Of a stretch of DNA of 64,000 nucleotides, positions 9,314 to 19,535 are shown one piece after another. The notes below the pieces were generated by a model that saw nothing but the letters and a program-made list of their open reading frames with translations, made no database searches and was not told where the DNA came from. How positions within the stretch are numbered: position 1 is the stretch's first letter; each line of letters starts with the position of its first letter. Source of the DNA: Opitutales bacterium (GTDB taxonomy: Bacteria > Verrucomicrobiota > Verrucomicrobiia > Opitutales > JAVBMG01); NCBI GenBank assembly GCA_031552815.1, contig JAVBMG010000008.1:54666-118665 (forward strand), given 5' to 3'. A program made the position numbers and the translations under genes.

Positions 9314-12300
9314 TTATAAATATTTCCCTGTTGGGCTGTTTTTTATTTTTTTGATGCCGGAGAGCTTGCCTTGGTAGAGGATGTGGCCGCCGGCTTCGCC
9401 GCCTTCGGGGCCGAGTTCGATGAGCCAGTCGGCTTCCTTTATGATGTCAAGGTGGTGCTCAATGACGACGACGGTGTGCCCTTGGTCGACCATTTTCTGC
9501 AGGAGCCGTATAAGCCGTTCGCAATCGCTGAGATGCAGACCGATGGTCGGTTCTTCCAAGAGATAGAGGTTTGGTTTGAAATTCTGCAGGCGGACGGCGG
9601 CATTTTCCTTTGATGCTACCGTGATGCCGTTGAGGAGTTCGGCGACGAGTTTAAGGCGCTGGGCTTCGCCGCCGCTGAGTGTGGGGCTGGCCTGTCCGAG
9701 CGTGAGATAGCCGAGTCCGGTTTCGTTGATAAGGTCAAGGCTGAGCTTGAGGCGGTTGTAGCTTTCGAAGAAGACGGCAGCTTCCTCGAAGGTCATGGCA
9801 AGGACATCGGCGATGTTTTTTCCGCGCAGGCGGATATCGGCGAGTTCGGGTCCGTAACGGGTGCCGTTGCATTCCTCGCAGGTAACATAACTGTCGGGAA
9901 GGAAGTTCATCTCGACCTTGATTTTTCCTGCGCCTTTGCAGAAAGGGCAACGCCCGCCGTCGGTGTTGTAGGAGAAAACGCCCGAGCCGAAACCGCGCAT
10001 TTTTGCTTCGGGCAGCTGGGCAAAGATATCGCGTATCATGTCAAAAACGCCGATGTAGGTTGCGGGCGAAGAGCGCGGCGTTTTGCCGATGGGTGACTGG
10101 TCGACTTCTATGACCTGCCGGAAACTGTTTGCGCCGGAGAGCGATACAAACGGAGCCTGTTTCATTTCACGGAAGGTTACGGGCAGGTGTTTTCTGTGTC
10201 GGGAAAAGGTAAATTCGGGAAGGTTTTGACGGATGGCTTCGGATGCTACCGGGTGAAGGAGGTCACGGACAAGCGTGGATTTACCGGCGCCGGAAACGCC
10301 GCATACGATGGTGAGGCAGGCTTGGGGGATGGCGATGTTACCGCCTTTCAGATTGCGGAATCGCGGCTCACTCAGCAAAAGAACATTTGCTACGGATTTA
10401 TTCTTTTTATTCGCAGATTTCCCAGATGGCACAGAGAAAGAAGAATCGTTAATTCTCTTTTTCGAAATGTCTTTGCGTTCTTTGCGGTTAATTATCTCTT
10501 CGGCCTGGCTGACATCGCGGTAGCTTCCGTTGAACGGATGGGGAATGCTTTCGCGCAGAAGTTTTGCGGTGAGCGAGTGTTTGTTTTTAAGAACGGAGGC
10601 CACGGTTCCGGTTGCCATGATTTCACCGCCGTTTTTGCCGGCTCCGGGTCCGACGTCGATGAGATAATCGGCCTGGCGTATGGTGTCCTCGTTGTGCTCG
10701 ACCACAAGAATGGTATTTTCCTTTTTATTCAGTTCACGGAGCGCCAGAAGCAGTTTGTCGTTGTCGCGTGCATGCAAACCGATGCTGGGTTCATCAAGGA
10801 TATAAAGCGCGCCGGAGAGGTTTGAGCCGAGCTGCGAGGCAAGGCGGATGCGTTGGGCTTCGCCGCCGCTGAGCGTGGCGGTCGCTCGGTCGAGCGTGAG
10901 ATAGCTGAGCCCGACGCGGTCCATGAATTTGAGACGTTCTTCGATCTGCGAAAAGATGTCGCGCGCGATGCTGATACCGCGTTTGTCGAGTTTCAGTCTT
11001 TTCAGTTGTGAGAGCAAGGCGGTTGAACCGAGCGAAAGCAGCTTGGGGAGGGAAACCATGCTGCCGTCCTGAACGGGGAGAAAAACATGGCGGCTGATGC
11101 GGTTGAGGCGCTCGCCGTGGCAGTCGGGGCAGATTTGTCCGTCCTCGAATCCGGCCTGCGCATCAGCTTCTATTTCCTCCAGCGTTTCTTCCTCGTCCTT
11201 TTGTTTGAAGAGGAAGCCGTAACCGCGGCAAGCGGGACACCAGCCTTTGGGTGAGTTCCAGGAAAAATGCTTGGGTTCGAGTTCGGGATAGGCTTCACCG
11301 GTGACGGGATCCGTGCGTTCGGTCGAGAGCGATGCTACCGTCTTTCCTTTTGCGTCGCAAAGCAGGATGCTGCCGCGTCCGAGATCAAGGGCTTTCTGCA
11401 AAACGGTTTTTACATCGGTTTTGCTGAGGTCGGCGACACAGATTTCGATATCGTGTTCCTTATAGCGGTCAAGCTTGGTAAAGGCATCGGTGCGGACCAG
11501 TTTTCCGTCACAGCGCAGGTATTCATAATCGGATCGCCGCGCCCAGTTGGCAAGGGGCTGATAGTGTCCTTTGCGTCCTTTGACGAGGGAGGCGAAGAGC
11601 AGAAGCTTGCCGCGCTGTTTTCCGGCGGTAGCACGGATGCGGGCAAGCAGGTCGTCGAAGCTGCTTTCGGTCAGCGGTTTCCCGGTTTGCGGGCTGAACT
11701 GGATACCGAGCTTGGAATAGAGGAGACGGAGATATTGGGCGACCTCGGTGATAGTCGCGACGGTGGATTTCATGCTGCCGCGCGTGAGTCGTTGCTCGAT
11801 GGAAACCGTGGGCGGTATGTTGCTGAGGCTGTCAATGTCGGGCTTGGGGAGTTGCTCGACGAACTGGCGCGCATAAGCGGACATGGATTCCATGAACCGG
11901 CGTTGTCCTTCGGCAAAGAGGATGTCGAAGGCGAGCGTGGATTTTCCGGAGCCGGAAACGCCGCTGATGACGGAGAGTTTTCGGATGGGAATATCGACGG
12001 AAATGTTTTTGAGGTTGTGTTCGCGCGCGCCGCGCAGCGAAATCGCGGAAGGCAATTTCGCCGAGTCGGGAGAAGTGAGCGGAGAGAGAGTGGACAACTG
12101 TTTTCCCTGAGCTTTTCCTGTGATGTCCAGAAGCGCTTTGGCGGTCGCCGTGTTTTGTTTTTTGAGTTCATCCACGGTTCCGGCAAAGATGATTTTCCCG
12201 CCGTCGGTTCCTGCGCCGGGTCCCATCTCAATGACCCAGTCGGCTGCCATGATGACGTCCGGCTGATGCTCGACAACGACAATACCGTGTCCGAGCGATT

Positions 12301-15019
12301 GGAGTTTCCTGAGAACGTTGAGGAGCTGCTGGACGTCGTGGCGGTGGAGTCCGGTGGTAGGTTCGTCCAGCAGGATCAGTTGTGCGGCATTTTTGCTGAT
12401 GTTACCGCGGGCGGAGATGCTGCCGTCTTCCGATGTTTCAGCGTCATCGTTTTCCGCGGGTTGTTGTTTTTTCTTGTTCGAGGCGCTTTTGTCGACTTCG
12501 GCGGAAAGGGCGTGGACGAGTTTCAGACGTTGGCTTTCGCCTCCGCTGAGGGTGTTGAGCGCCTGGCCGAGCGGAAGGTAGCCGAGTCCGATTTCGATCA
12601 GCGGGAGGAGTTTGCGCGGTATCTTGGGGTGGCTGGTGAAAAAGACGTAAGCGTCGCTTGCGTCCATCTCAAGTATTTCGGCGGCATTTTTGCCGTTGTA
12701 TTTGATCGCCAGGGTTTCCTTGCGGAAGCGTTTACCTTCGCAGACGGGGCAGGTGATGAATACGTCGGAGAGAAATTGCATTTCGACCTGTTCGTAGCCG
12801 AGTCCCTGGCAATGGGGGCAGCGTCCGTCCCCGCTATTGAAAGAGAATGCGCCGGGTTCCATGCCGTAGGTTTTGGCTTCCTCCGTGGAAGCGAGGAGCG
12901 CGCGGACATCTTCCCAGACGTTCAGGTAAACGGCAGGCGTGGAGCGCGGGGTGCGGCTGAGAGGCGACTGGTCGATCCAGGTGACTGTCGGAAATGTGTT
13001 GCCGGGGACGGTGATCGATTTGATCTCCGCCCGTGTTTCCGTGGCGAGTCCGTGCTTGTCCGCAATGCCTTCGTGGATGACGCTCTGGAGAAGGGTGGAT
13101 TTTCCGGAACCGCTGAGTCCGGTGATGACGACGAACCGGGCGAGGGGGAGTTCAAGGTTGATACCGTTGAGATTGTGGCGGCGGCATCCGGTGAACGTTA
13201 TGCGGGGGGTCGTTTTCGTGACAGGACTGGGTGGCGGCAGCATGATCTGCTTCCTGCCGAAAAGATAATCGCCGCTGAGCGAATGTTTTGCCTTGGCGAG
13301 TTTTTCCATGCTGCCGGCAAAGATGAGTTTGCCGCCGCGTTTTCCGGGTTGGGGGCCGATCTCGATGATGTTGTCGGCAGCCCGCATGATGGTTTCATCG
13401 TGCTCGACAACAACAACGGTATTGCCCGAAGCGGTGAGCGAACGGAGGATGGTGATGAGCCGGTGGATGTCAGCGGAATGAAGCCCGACAGAGGGTTCGT
13501 CGAGCACAAAGAGCGTATCGTAGAGCGATGTGCCGAGGCAGGTGGTGAGATTGACGCGCTGGGTCTCGCCGCCGCTGAGTGTGCGTGTGGTGCGGTCTAG
13601 TGTGAGGTAGGAGAGCCCGACCGCCTCAAGATAACGGAGCCGCGTCAGGATATTCCGGAGCACGGAGTCCCAAGGAAGGTTTTGCGCGGTTTTGACGGTA
13701 GCTTCCTGCTTGGTTGTGTGGGCATTCAGGAGCGCCAGGAGTTCCCTGACCGGGAGTTGGTAGAGTTCCGGTAAGGTGCAGCCGTTCCATTTCCAGAGGA
13801 GGGATTCGGGCTGGAGTCGTTTTCCTTCGCAATAGGGGCAGCTTTGATAGGAGCGGAATTTGGAGAGGAAGACGCGGACGTGCATCTTGTAAATCTTGGT
13901 TTCCAGGTAGGAAAAAAAGCGGTTGATACCGTACCAGTATTTGTCCCAGTTCTGATCCTTGAACTCGGGCTGTCCTTCAATGATGAATTTTTGCTCGCGC
14001 GCGCTGAGTTCGCGCCAGGGTACATCGAGGCGAATACCGTTTTTCGCGGCGAGGCGGCGGAGGTCTTCAAGGCATTGGGAATTGACTTCGCCGTGAAAGG
14101 CTTTGATGGCTCCGTCGTTTACGGATAGGGTGGGGTCGGGAATGACACGGCGCATGTCGATCTCAAAGGTGCGTCCGAATCCTTTGCAATGCGGGCAGGC
14201 ACCGATAGGTGAGTTAAAGGAAAACATGGCGGGCGAGGCGGGACGGTAGCTTTTCCCTGAGACGGGAGAACGGAGTCCGGATGAGAACTTGCCGAGCATG
14301 CTGCCGTTATCGGCGTAGATGGCGATTTCACCGTGTCCGAAACGGAATGCCACTGTGGCAGATTCGATAAAGCGCGCCCGGTTTTTAGGATCGGTTTTGA
14401 TGCGGTCCTGGATGACGGTGATCCGGGGAAGTTCGGTTTTTGTTTCGAGGAGGTCTTCGATTTTTCTGATGCTACCGTCTGTGATGATCCGGTTGTAGCC
14501 TTGCGCGGAGATGCTCCTGAGGATTTCCACGGTTGCGAAATTGTCGGGTTTATTCAGGGTAAAGGTAATCAGACAATCGGTGTCCGCATGGTTTTTTAGG
14601 AGTCGTTTCCAGACAGATTGCGGATTATCGTCGTGGATGGCTTCCCCGCTTTCGGGATCGTAAAGCGTGGCAACCTGCGAAAACCATACCTTAAAATAGT
14701 CGCAGAGTTCAGTCATGGTACCGACGGTGGAGCGGGATGTCCTGACGGCATTTTTCTGTTCAAGGGCAATGGCGGGACGGATGTTTTCAACATCATCGAC
14801 AGCGGCTTTATCAAGCAGTTCAAGGAACTGGCGGGTGTAGGCGCTGAACGTTTCCGCATAACGGCGTTGCCCTTCCGCATAGAGCGTCTCAAACGCAAGC
14901 GAGGATTTTCCTGAGCCGCTGAGTCCGGTGATAACGGTGAATTTGCCGAGCGGAATATCGACATCGATGTTCTTCAGGTTGTTTTGCTTTACTCCCCGTA
15001 ACTTGATAAGTTCTTGCAT
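9314..15019 (-). CDS. uvrA: tandemly duplicated (fused) UvrA-like excinuclease ATPase, 1901 aa, four ABC nucleotide-binding domains
   Basis: There are two complete UvrA-like halves. Four Walker A sites: [36 protein letters not shown]. Four LSGGE signatures and four DEP/EEP Walker B motifs. Zn modules: [24 protein letters not shown]...CPVCEGKR, and [24 protein letters not shown]...CEECNGTR. Half 2 restarts with [19 protein letters not shown], parallel to the N-terminal [19 protein letters not shown]. Confidence 0.9.
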   Translation of the reverse strand: MQELIKLRGVKQNNLKNIDVDIPLGKFTVITGLSGSGKSSLAFETLYAEGQRRYAETFSAYTRQFLELLDKAAVDDVENIRPAIALEQKNAVRTSRSTVGTMTELCDYFKVWFSQVATLYDPESGEAIHDDNPQSVWKRLLKNHADTDCLITFTLNKPDNFATVEILRSISAQGYNRIITDGSIRKIEDLLETKTELPRITVIQDRIKTDPKNRARFIESATVAFRFGHGEIAIYADNGSMLGKFSSGLRSPVSGKSYRPASPAMFSFNSPIGACPHCKGFGRTFEIDMRRVIPDPTLSVNDGAIKAFHGEVNSQCLEDLRRLAAKNGIRLDVPWRELSAREQKFIIEGQPEFKDQNWDKYWYGINRFFSYLETKIYKMHVRVFLSKFRSYQSCPYCEGKRLQPESLLWKWNGCTLPELYQLPVRELLALLNAHTTKQEATVKTAQNLPWDSVLRNILTRLRYLEAVGLSYLTLDRTTRTLSGGETQRVNLTTCLGTSLYDTLFVLDEPSVGLHSADIHRLITILRSLTASGNTVVVVEHDETIMRAADNIIEIGPQPGKRGGKLIFAGSMEKLAKAKHSLSGDYLFGRKQIMLPPPSPVTKTTPRITFTGCRRHNLNGINLELPLARFVVITGLSGSGKSTLLQSVIHEGIADKHGLATETRAEIKSITVPGNTFPTVTWIDQSPLSRTPRSTPAVYLNVWEDVRALLASTEEAKTYGMEPGAFSFNSGDGRCPHCQGLGYEQVEMQFLSDVFITCPVCEGKRFRKETLAIKYNGKNAAEILEMDASDAYVFFTSHPKIPRKLLPLIEIGLGYLPLGQALNTLSGGESQRLKLVHALSAEVDKSASNKKKQQPAENDDAETSEDGSISARGNISKNAAQLILLDEPTTGLHRHDVQQLLNVLRKLQSLGHGIVVVEHQPDVIMAADWVIEMGPGAGTDGGKIIFAGTVDELKKQNTATAKALLDITGKAQGKQLSTLSPLTSPDSAKLPSAISLRGAREHNLKNISVDIPIRKLSVISGVSGSGKSTLAFDILFAEGQRRFMESMSAYARQFVEQLPKPDIDSLSNIPPTVSIEQRLTRGSMKSTVATITEVAQYLRLLYSKLGIQFSPQTGKPLTESSFDDLLARIRATAGKQRGKLLLFASLVKGRKGHYQPLANWARRSDYEYLRCDGKLVRTDAFTKLDRYKEHDIEICVADLSKTDVKTVLQKALDLGRGSILLCDAKGKTVASLSTERTDPVTGEAYPELEPKHFSWNSPKGWCPACRGYGFLFKQKDEEETLEEIEADAQAGFEDGQICPDCHGERLNRISRHVFLPVQDGSMVSLPKLLSLGSTALLSQLKRLKLDKRGISIARDIFSQIEERLKFMDRVGLSYLTLDRATATLSGGEAQRIRLASQLGSNLSGALYILDEPSIGLHARDNDKLLLALRELNKKENTILVVEHNEDTIRQADYLIDVGPGAGKNGGEIMATGTVASVLKNKHSLTAKLLRESIPHPFNGSYRDVSQAEEIINRKERKDISKKRINDSSFSVPSGKSANKKNKSVANVLLLSEPRFRNLKGGNIAIPQACLTIVCGVSGAGKSTLVRDLLHPVASEAIRQNLPEFTFSRHRKHLPVTFREMKQAPFVSLSGANSFRQVIEVDQSPIGKTPRSSPATYIGVFDMIRDIFAQLPEAKMRGFGSGVFSYNTDGGRCPFCKGAGKIKVEMNFLPDSYVTCEECNGTRYGPELADIRLRGKNIADVLAMTFEEAAVFFESYNRLKLSLDLINETGLGYLTLGQASPTLSGGEAQRLKLVAELLNGITVASKENAAVRLQNFKPNLYLLEEPTIGLHLSDCERLIRLLQKMVDQGHTVVVIEHHLDIIKEADWLIELGPEGGEAGGHILYQGKLSGIKKIKNSPTGKYL

Positions 15020-15255
15020 GACTGAAAAAGATCAAAACTAATCCGCTTTGCCTGTTTACGCAAAAGGTTTTTTATTTGGGCGCTCAATGAGAGCGATTCC
15101 TTTAATCCCTATTTATACTATAGAAAACATCTATATATTTCATCGATTTCACTATATATAGTCTTTATTTTGAAATTTATTATAGTACAGGATAATTTTA
15201 AATTATAGATTATTGTTATACCGTAATTGAAAATAATCTAATAATGTAATATTTA

Positions 15256-15284
15256 TTGACATACAGCCATCTATCTTGTATCTG
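15256..15284 (+). promoter_or_regulatory. candidate sigma70-type promoter upstream of PEP-CTERM paralog A
   Basis: TTGACA at 15256-15261, a 17-nt spacer, then TATCTG. AGGAGG ribosome-binding site ahead of the ATG at 15326. The region is very AT-rich, so the match may be chance. Confidence 0.3.
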
Positions 15285-15325
15285 ATCTATTAAATATATC
15301 TAACACTTAAACCAGAGGAGGTTTT

Positions 15326-16255
15326 ATGAAAGACTTCAGTAAAATAAAAATGATAGCGCTTGTGTCGGCAATGGGGGCATGGGGTGGTATGGTTCAGGGG
15401 CAAAACTATACTTATCTCTATCGTTTTGCCACAAGCGATACTGGCGGTTCATCTACTACAACAAGCCAATTGCGTTATGATGTGCGTCCCCATTCACGCA
15501 CGGAAAGCATGTTTCCCGGTCAAACCAGCAGCGAACGCTGGTATTCGCTTATCACATCCGGCTATGTCATGGGAGGGCATAAGTCCACATTGACCCGGGG
15601 TATTGATTTCGTGGAGGACTGGGATATTAACTTTATTGATCCCGCGAACCCATCAAACACGTATTGGGGGGATTTTTACAGTGATCGCCAAACGGGTTCT
15701 GTTTCCAGAAGCGGTTATCCTGATACATTATCTACGGGACCGCAGACGGGTCAGAGTTTGCTGACAAGCAACAACCTGATTGCGATGGGCGATGACCACA
15801 GCTTGTGGTATGATTCTGATGGTACGCTCAGCCGGTATAGTTTTGGGAGCGGTGGCAGTTTGACCAATGATTATACATGGACAAGTTTTTCCGGCGGTGC
15901 GTGGAACGGTTTGACGCTGGCATCCAAGTTGAACCTTTTTATCGGATACGAAGAGTCGAATCTTTATTTTCTGGAGGGGGATAGCACTGTTTATCGTTTC
16001 AGCCTGAGCGGTGTTTTGGAAAATACCTATCAGGTGGTTTTGGATGGCGAATTGTCAGGTCGGACGTTGGGCGATCTGGTGGACGGCAAAATCGACGGGT
16101 ATACTTATCTTGGCTGGGATGTGGGTCCGATTGTTATCGGGATGGATATCTCGCCTGTGCCTGAGCAGTCATCTTTACCAATATTTTTCGGTGGATGTGC
16201 GATTGTCATGACGGTAGCATCGCGCAGAAAGCGCATTGGGATGTTTAGGCGCTGA
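15326..16255 (+). CDS. secreted PEP-CTERM-anchored protein of unknown function, paralog A
   Basis: AGGAGG RBS and a signal peptide. C-terminus VPEQSSLPIFFGGCAIVMTVASRRKR is a PE motif + TM + basic tail. The mature part is ~88% identical to the next gene. Confidence 0.75.
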   Translation: MKDFSKIKMIALVSAMGAWGGMVQGQNYTYLYRFATSDTGGSSTTTSQLRYDVRPHSRTESMFPGQTSSERWYSLITSGYVMGGHKSTLTRGIDFVEDWDINFIDPANPSNTYWGDFYSDRQTGSVSRSGYPDTLSTGPQTGQSLLTSNNLIAMGDDHSLWYDSDGTLSRYSFGSGGSLTNDYTWTSFSGGAWNGLTLASKLNLFIGYEESNLYFLEGDSTVYRFSLSGVLENTYQVVLDGELSGRTLGDLVDGKIDGYTYLGWDVGPIVIGMDISPVPEQSSLPIFFGGCAIVMTVASRRKRIGMFRR

Positions 16256-16300
16256 AATGCCAGATGTCTTATCTGATTGTTTGATCTGAGAGGGGAATGC

Positions 16301-16336
16301 AAAATCCATGCGATGGCATGGATTTTGTGTTTTTGC
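16301..16336 (+). terminator. rho-independent terminator of paralog A
   Basis: Hairpin AAATCCATGC-GATG-GCATGGATTT followed by TGTGTTTTTGC. Confidence 0.7.
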
Positions 16337-16671
16337 TTCCTATTGATGGCAAACGATTACGCCATCATAAGGATAGAGTATTACTTGTCCGATAGAGGTT
16401 TCAGAAATTTTTTTTTGAAAACATTGGTCTGAATGATTCTCAGAAATATGCTTATTGTGAGATAATCTATAGTTTGACGTTAGGTTTTTCTCTTAGAAAC
16501 AAGTCTGTCTGTATGCGGGTTTTTCCTGTGGTTTTGTGGTGTGTTGTTTTCATGGTAAGTTCTATTGTATTTATCTAACTTTTTGAACGATAATGATTCT
16601 GTAGTAATACAATTTGACATTTCATGATTGTGTGGCTGTATTGTCGGCATAAACTAAATGAGGATGCGGAA

Positions 16672-17589
16672 ATGAAACAAAGAAACTGTTTACTTTTATC
16701 TGTTTTTGTTATGCTGGTATGTGGGCGTGGCCTTTTCGGGCAAAGTTATACTTACCTCTACCGTTTTGCTGCAAGTGATGTTGGCGGTTCATCTACGATT
16801 ACAAGTCAACTGCGTTATGATATACGTCCCCACTCACGTACGGAAAGCATGTTTCCCGGTCAAACCAGCAGTGAACGCTGGCGTTCGCTTATCACGTCCG
16901 GCTATGTTATGGGAGGACATAAGTCCACATTGACCCGGGGTATCGATTTGGCGGAGGACTGGGATATTAACTTTATTGATCCCACTGATCCGTCAAGGAC
17001 GTATTGGGGGAATCTTTATATTGATCGTGAAACGGGTTCTGTTTCCAGAAGCGGTTATCCTGACAGATTGTCTACGGGACCGCAGGCGGGCCAGAGTTTG
17101 CTGACAAGCAACAACCTGATTGCGATGGGCGATGACCACAGCTTGTGGTATGATGCTGATGGTACGCTGAGCCGGTATAGTTTTGGGAGCGGCGGCAGTT
17201 TGATCAATGATTATACATGGACAAGTTTTTCCGGCGGTGCGTGGAATGGTTTGACGCTGGCATCCAAGCTGAACCTTTTTATCGGGTATGAACAATCGAA
17301 TCTTTATTTTCTGGAAGGGGATAGCACTGTTTATCGTTTCAGCCTGAGCGGTGTTTTGGAAAATACCTATCAGGTGGTTTTGGACGGGGAACTGTCGGGT
17401 CGGACGCTGGGCGATCTGGTGGACGGTAAAATCGACGGGTATACTTATCTTGGCTGGGATGCCGGTCCGATTGTTGCGGGGATAGATATTTCGTCCGTGC
17501 CTGAATCATCGTCCTTTCCAGCGTTCTTCGGTGTGTCTGTGGTTGTCGTGACGGTGGCATCACGCAGGAAGCGTGTGCGGAATGCTTAG
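16672..17589 (+). CDS. secreted PEP-CTERM-anchored protein of unknown function, paralog B
   Basis: The ATG at 16672 (MKQRNCLLLSVFVML) gives a signal peptide. C-terminus VPESSSFPAFFGVSVVVVTVASRRKR. Paralog of 15326..16255. Confidence 0.75.
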   Translation: MKQRNCLLLSVFVMLVCGRGLFGQSYTYLYRFAASDVGGSSTITSQLRYDIRPHSRTESMFPGQTSSERWRSLITSGYVMGGHKSTLTRGIDLAEDWDINFIDPTDPSRTYWGNLYIDRETGSVSRSGYPDRLSTGPQAGQSLLTSNNLIAMGDDHSLWYDADGTLSRYSFGSGGSLINDYTWTSFSGGAWNGLTLASKLNLFIGYEQSNLYFLEGDSTVYRFSLSGVLENTYQVVLDGELSGRTLGDLVDGKIDGYTYLGWDAGPIVAGIDISSVPESSSFPAFFGVSVVVVTVASRRKRVRNA

Positions 17590-17642
17590 ATGTTAAAACC
17601 GTCAAATGCCCTATCAGACGTTAATCTGAGGAAGTAATGAAA

Positions 17643-17664
17643 AATCCATGCTACCGCATGGATT
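17643..17664. terminator. hairpin terminator between paralog B (+) and mdaB (-), with the ATGCTACCG motif across one arm and the loop
   Basis: AATCCATGC-TACC-GCATGGATT. There is a run of A on the 5' side, which is a T-run on the minus strand downstream of the mdaB stop. Confidence 0.65.
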
Positions 17665-17698
17665 GTGTGATTGTATCGCGGTTGATGTGAAGCGATGT

Positions 17699-18280
17699 CT
17701 AGAGCGTTAGTTGAGCCAGGTGTTTCTTATATCGCTCAATATTATGGGGAACGTTCGGTTCCTTCATTACGTCGACGCAGAGGAAAGTGGGCAGTGCTTC
17801 CATGCCGAGAAACTGGTTTGCCTTGTGGAAAGGGAAATAAACGGCGTCCACTCCCCGGCCTATGAAGAATTGTTTGGGGTCGTCAAAGGCCTCAAACGGG
17901 GCGTTCCATGTGGCGGAAATCATGTATTTCCTGCCTTGGATCATTCCGCCTGAGCCATATTTTTTCGATGGGTCTGAACGGGTCCGCCCGTCGCTGGAGT
18001 AGAGACGGCCGTGTCCGGCGGTGAACACCTCATCCATATATTTCTTCAATATCCAGGGTGGGCCCATCCACCATCCGGGCATCTGGTAGATGACAACGTC
18101 CATCCATAAATAATTTTCCACTTCCTGCCCGATATCGTAGCCGTGATCCACGGTGACCTGACGGATTGAATGTCCTTGCGCGGAGAGCCACTCAACGGCA
18201 ATTGTATGCAAAGTCGTATTCAGTTCGCCGTTTGAATGGGCGAATTTTTTCATCGCATTAATCAACAATATCTTGCTCAT
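17699..18280 (-). CDS. mdaB: NADPH:quinone oxidoreductase MdaB (flavodoxin-like fold)
   Basis: Long colinear similarity to E. coli MdaB as I recall it (KKFAHSNGxLN, QMPGWWMGxPW, SDGRTRxDPSKKYGSGG, PFHKANQFLGME). I chose the ATG at 18280 (MSKILLIN). Confidence 0.9.
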   Translation of the reverse strand: MSKILLINAMKKFAHSNGELNTTLHTIAVEWLSAQGHSIRQVTVDHGYDIGQEVENYLWMDVVIYQMPGWWMGPPWILKKYMDEVFTAGHGRLYSSDGRTRSDPSKKYGSGGMIQGRKYMISATWNAPFEAFDDPKQFFIGRGVDAVYFPFHKANQFLGMEALPTFLCVDVMKEPNVPHNIERYKKHLAQLTL

Positions 18281-18476
18281 GGATTCAGTTGAAGACAAAC
18301 GGCAGAATTTCTCAATGCGTTTTATTCCCGCTTGGTTTATTCTCGGAATTCATCGGAGTTTATTTAAAAGCAGCGCCCATGGTATGCATTATACAGGATA
18401 GCGTTCTCTTATCCTATATTTTATAGGGTAATAAAATTGCTTTTCTAATTTTGGTTTTCCGTTAGGTTTGACGTTT

Positions 18477-19487
18477 ATGTTACCGTTTAAAGAGCGTTCA
18501 GTACTTACGTTTGCAAAGTTAGCTGAGGCGGCAAGGCCTCAGCTATCGGCATTGTCTGATTTTCTGGACTCTCAGATTTCCGAGTTTGAACCGGAAATCA
18601 GGGAGATGGTAGCTTATTGCCTGAAAAACAGCGGAAAACGGATACGTCCGATCCTGGGTTTCTTTGCCGGCTGGACGGATGCTACCGTCAATAAGGATGT
18701 TGTCAAGTTGGGTGCGGTCGTGGAAATGGTGCATTTGGCAACATTGGTCCATGACGACATTCTGGATGCTGCCGTCTTGCGTCATAACCGTTCGACAGCA
18801 CAGGAAAAATACGGGACGCATTCGGCAGTGCTGCTGGGCGATGCCTTGTTTGCGCACGCGTTAAAGCTGGCTACGGAATTTCCGACGAACGAGGTTTGCG
18901 CGAAGGTGGCGGAGGCGACGAGAAAGGTTTGTGCCGGCGAGATCAGCCAGACGCTTCAGCGAGGTAATCTGAATCTCAGCCTGGAATCTTATTACCGTCA
19001 TATTGAGTTGAAAACGGCGGAGCTTTTCCGTGTTTCCTGTTATCTTGGCGCAAAAATCAGTGGACAGGGTCAGGATTTTGCTGATGCTGCGGGTGTTTTC
19101 GGTCGTCATCTTGGGATTGCCTATCAGATTTACGATGACTTAACAGACTTGTTTGCCGAAGAAAAGGATATCGGAAAAACGCTCATGACGGATTTATCCA
19201 GCGGCAAATACACGCTTCCGGTTTTGTTGTTTTTAAGGACAATGAATACGGAGCAACGGCAAGCCTGGGAGAGTGAGCTCAAGAGAAACGCAGAAGAAGC
19301 AACGGTAGCATTAATCGGTGTTTTAAAACAATCGGGTATTCTGGAAACTGTGCTTAAGGAGCATTTTCACAAGGAACTTGCCGATGCGGCCGCCGCACTG
19401 GCTCCTTTTGCCGATAAACCAGCAGTCGAAAAACTCTCACAGCTTCAGTCTGTGATCACGGCCTTAACAAGAAAACTGAAGGTATGA
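18477..19487 (+). CDS. trans-polyprenyl diphosphate synthase (IspB/HepT-type; chain length not inferable)
   Basis: First aspartate-rich motif LVHDDILD and second motif YQIYDDLTD. GKRIRP and LLGD motifs are present. Confidence 0.85.
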   Translation: MLPFKERSVLTFAKLAEAARPQLSALSDFLDSQISEFEPEIREMVAYCLKNSGKRIRPILGFFAGWTDATVNKDVVKLGAVVEMVHLATLVHDDILDAAVLRHNRSTAQEKYGTHSAVLLGDALFAHALKLATEFPTNEVCAKVAEATRKVCAGEISQTLQRGNLNLSLESYYRHIELKTAELFRVSCYLGAKISGQGQDFADAAGVFGRHLGIAYQIYDDLTDLFAEEKDIGKTLMTDLSSGKYTLPVLLFLRTMNTEQRQAWESELKRNAEEATVALIGVLKQSGILETVLKEHFHKELADAAAALAPFADKPAVEKLSQLQSVITALTRKLKV

Positions 19488-19535
19488 GGGGCGCATGAAT
19501 GGCTGGTTTCACGTTTACTTGTCTTATCTGGAGTG

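Larger units (their letters stand above)
15401..17670 (+). repeat. tandem segmental duplication (period 1340 bp) covering the mature coding part and terminator of two paralogs
   Basis: 15401-16330 aligns without indels to 16741-17670 at a constant offset of 1340. The 3' half is nearly identical. The promoter and signal-peptide regions are unrelated. Confidence 0.85.

Noticed and set aside
11267-13600. A 777-aa ORF on the + strand inside uvrA, plus many other 60-170-aa ORFs on both strands of 9.3-15 kb.
   Set aside because: It is entirely antisense to a gene with unambiguous UvrA motifs. Its product is G/A/R/E/F-rich with no motif. Long antisense shadow ORFs are expected in the codon-complementary frame of GC-rich, RNY-biased genes.
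15020-15325. An 8-bp inverted repeat CTATATAT...ATATATAG and other A/T palindromes upstream of paralog A, considered as operator sites.
   Set aside because: The region is ~75-80% A+T, so short A/T palindromes are expected by chance. No second copy exists elsewhere in the window.
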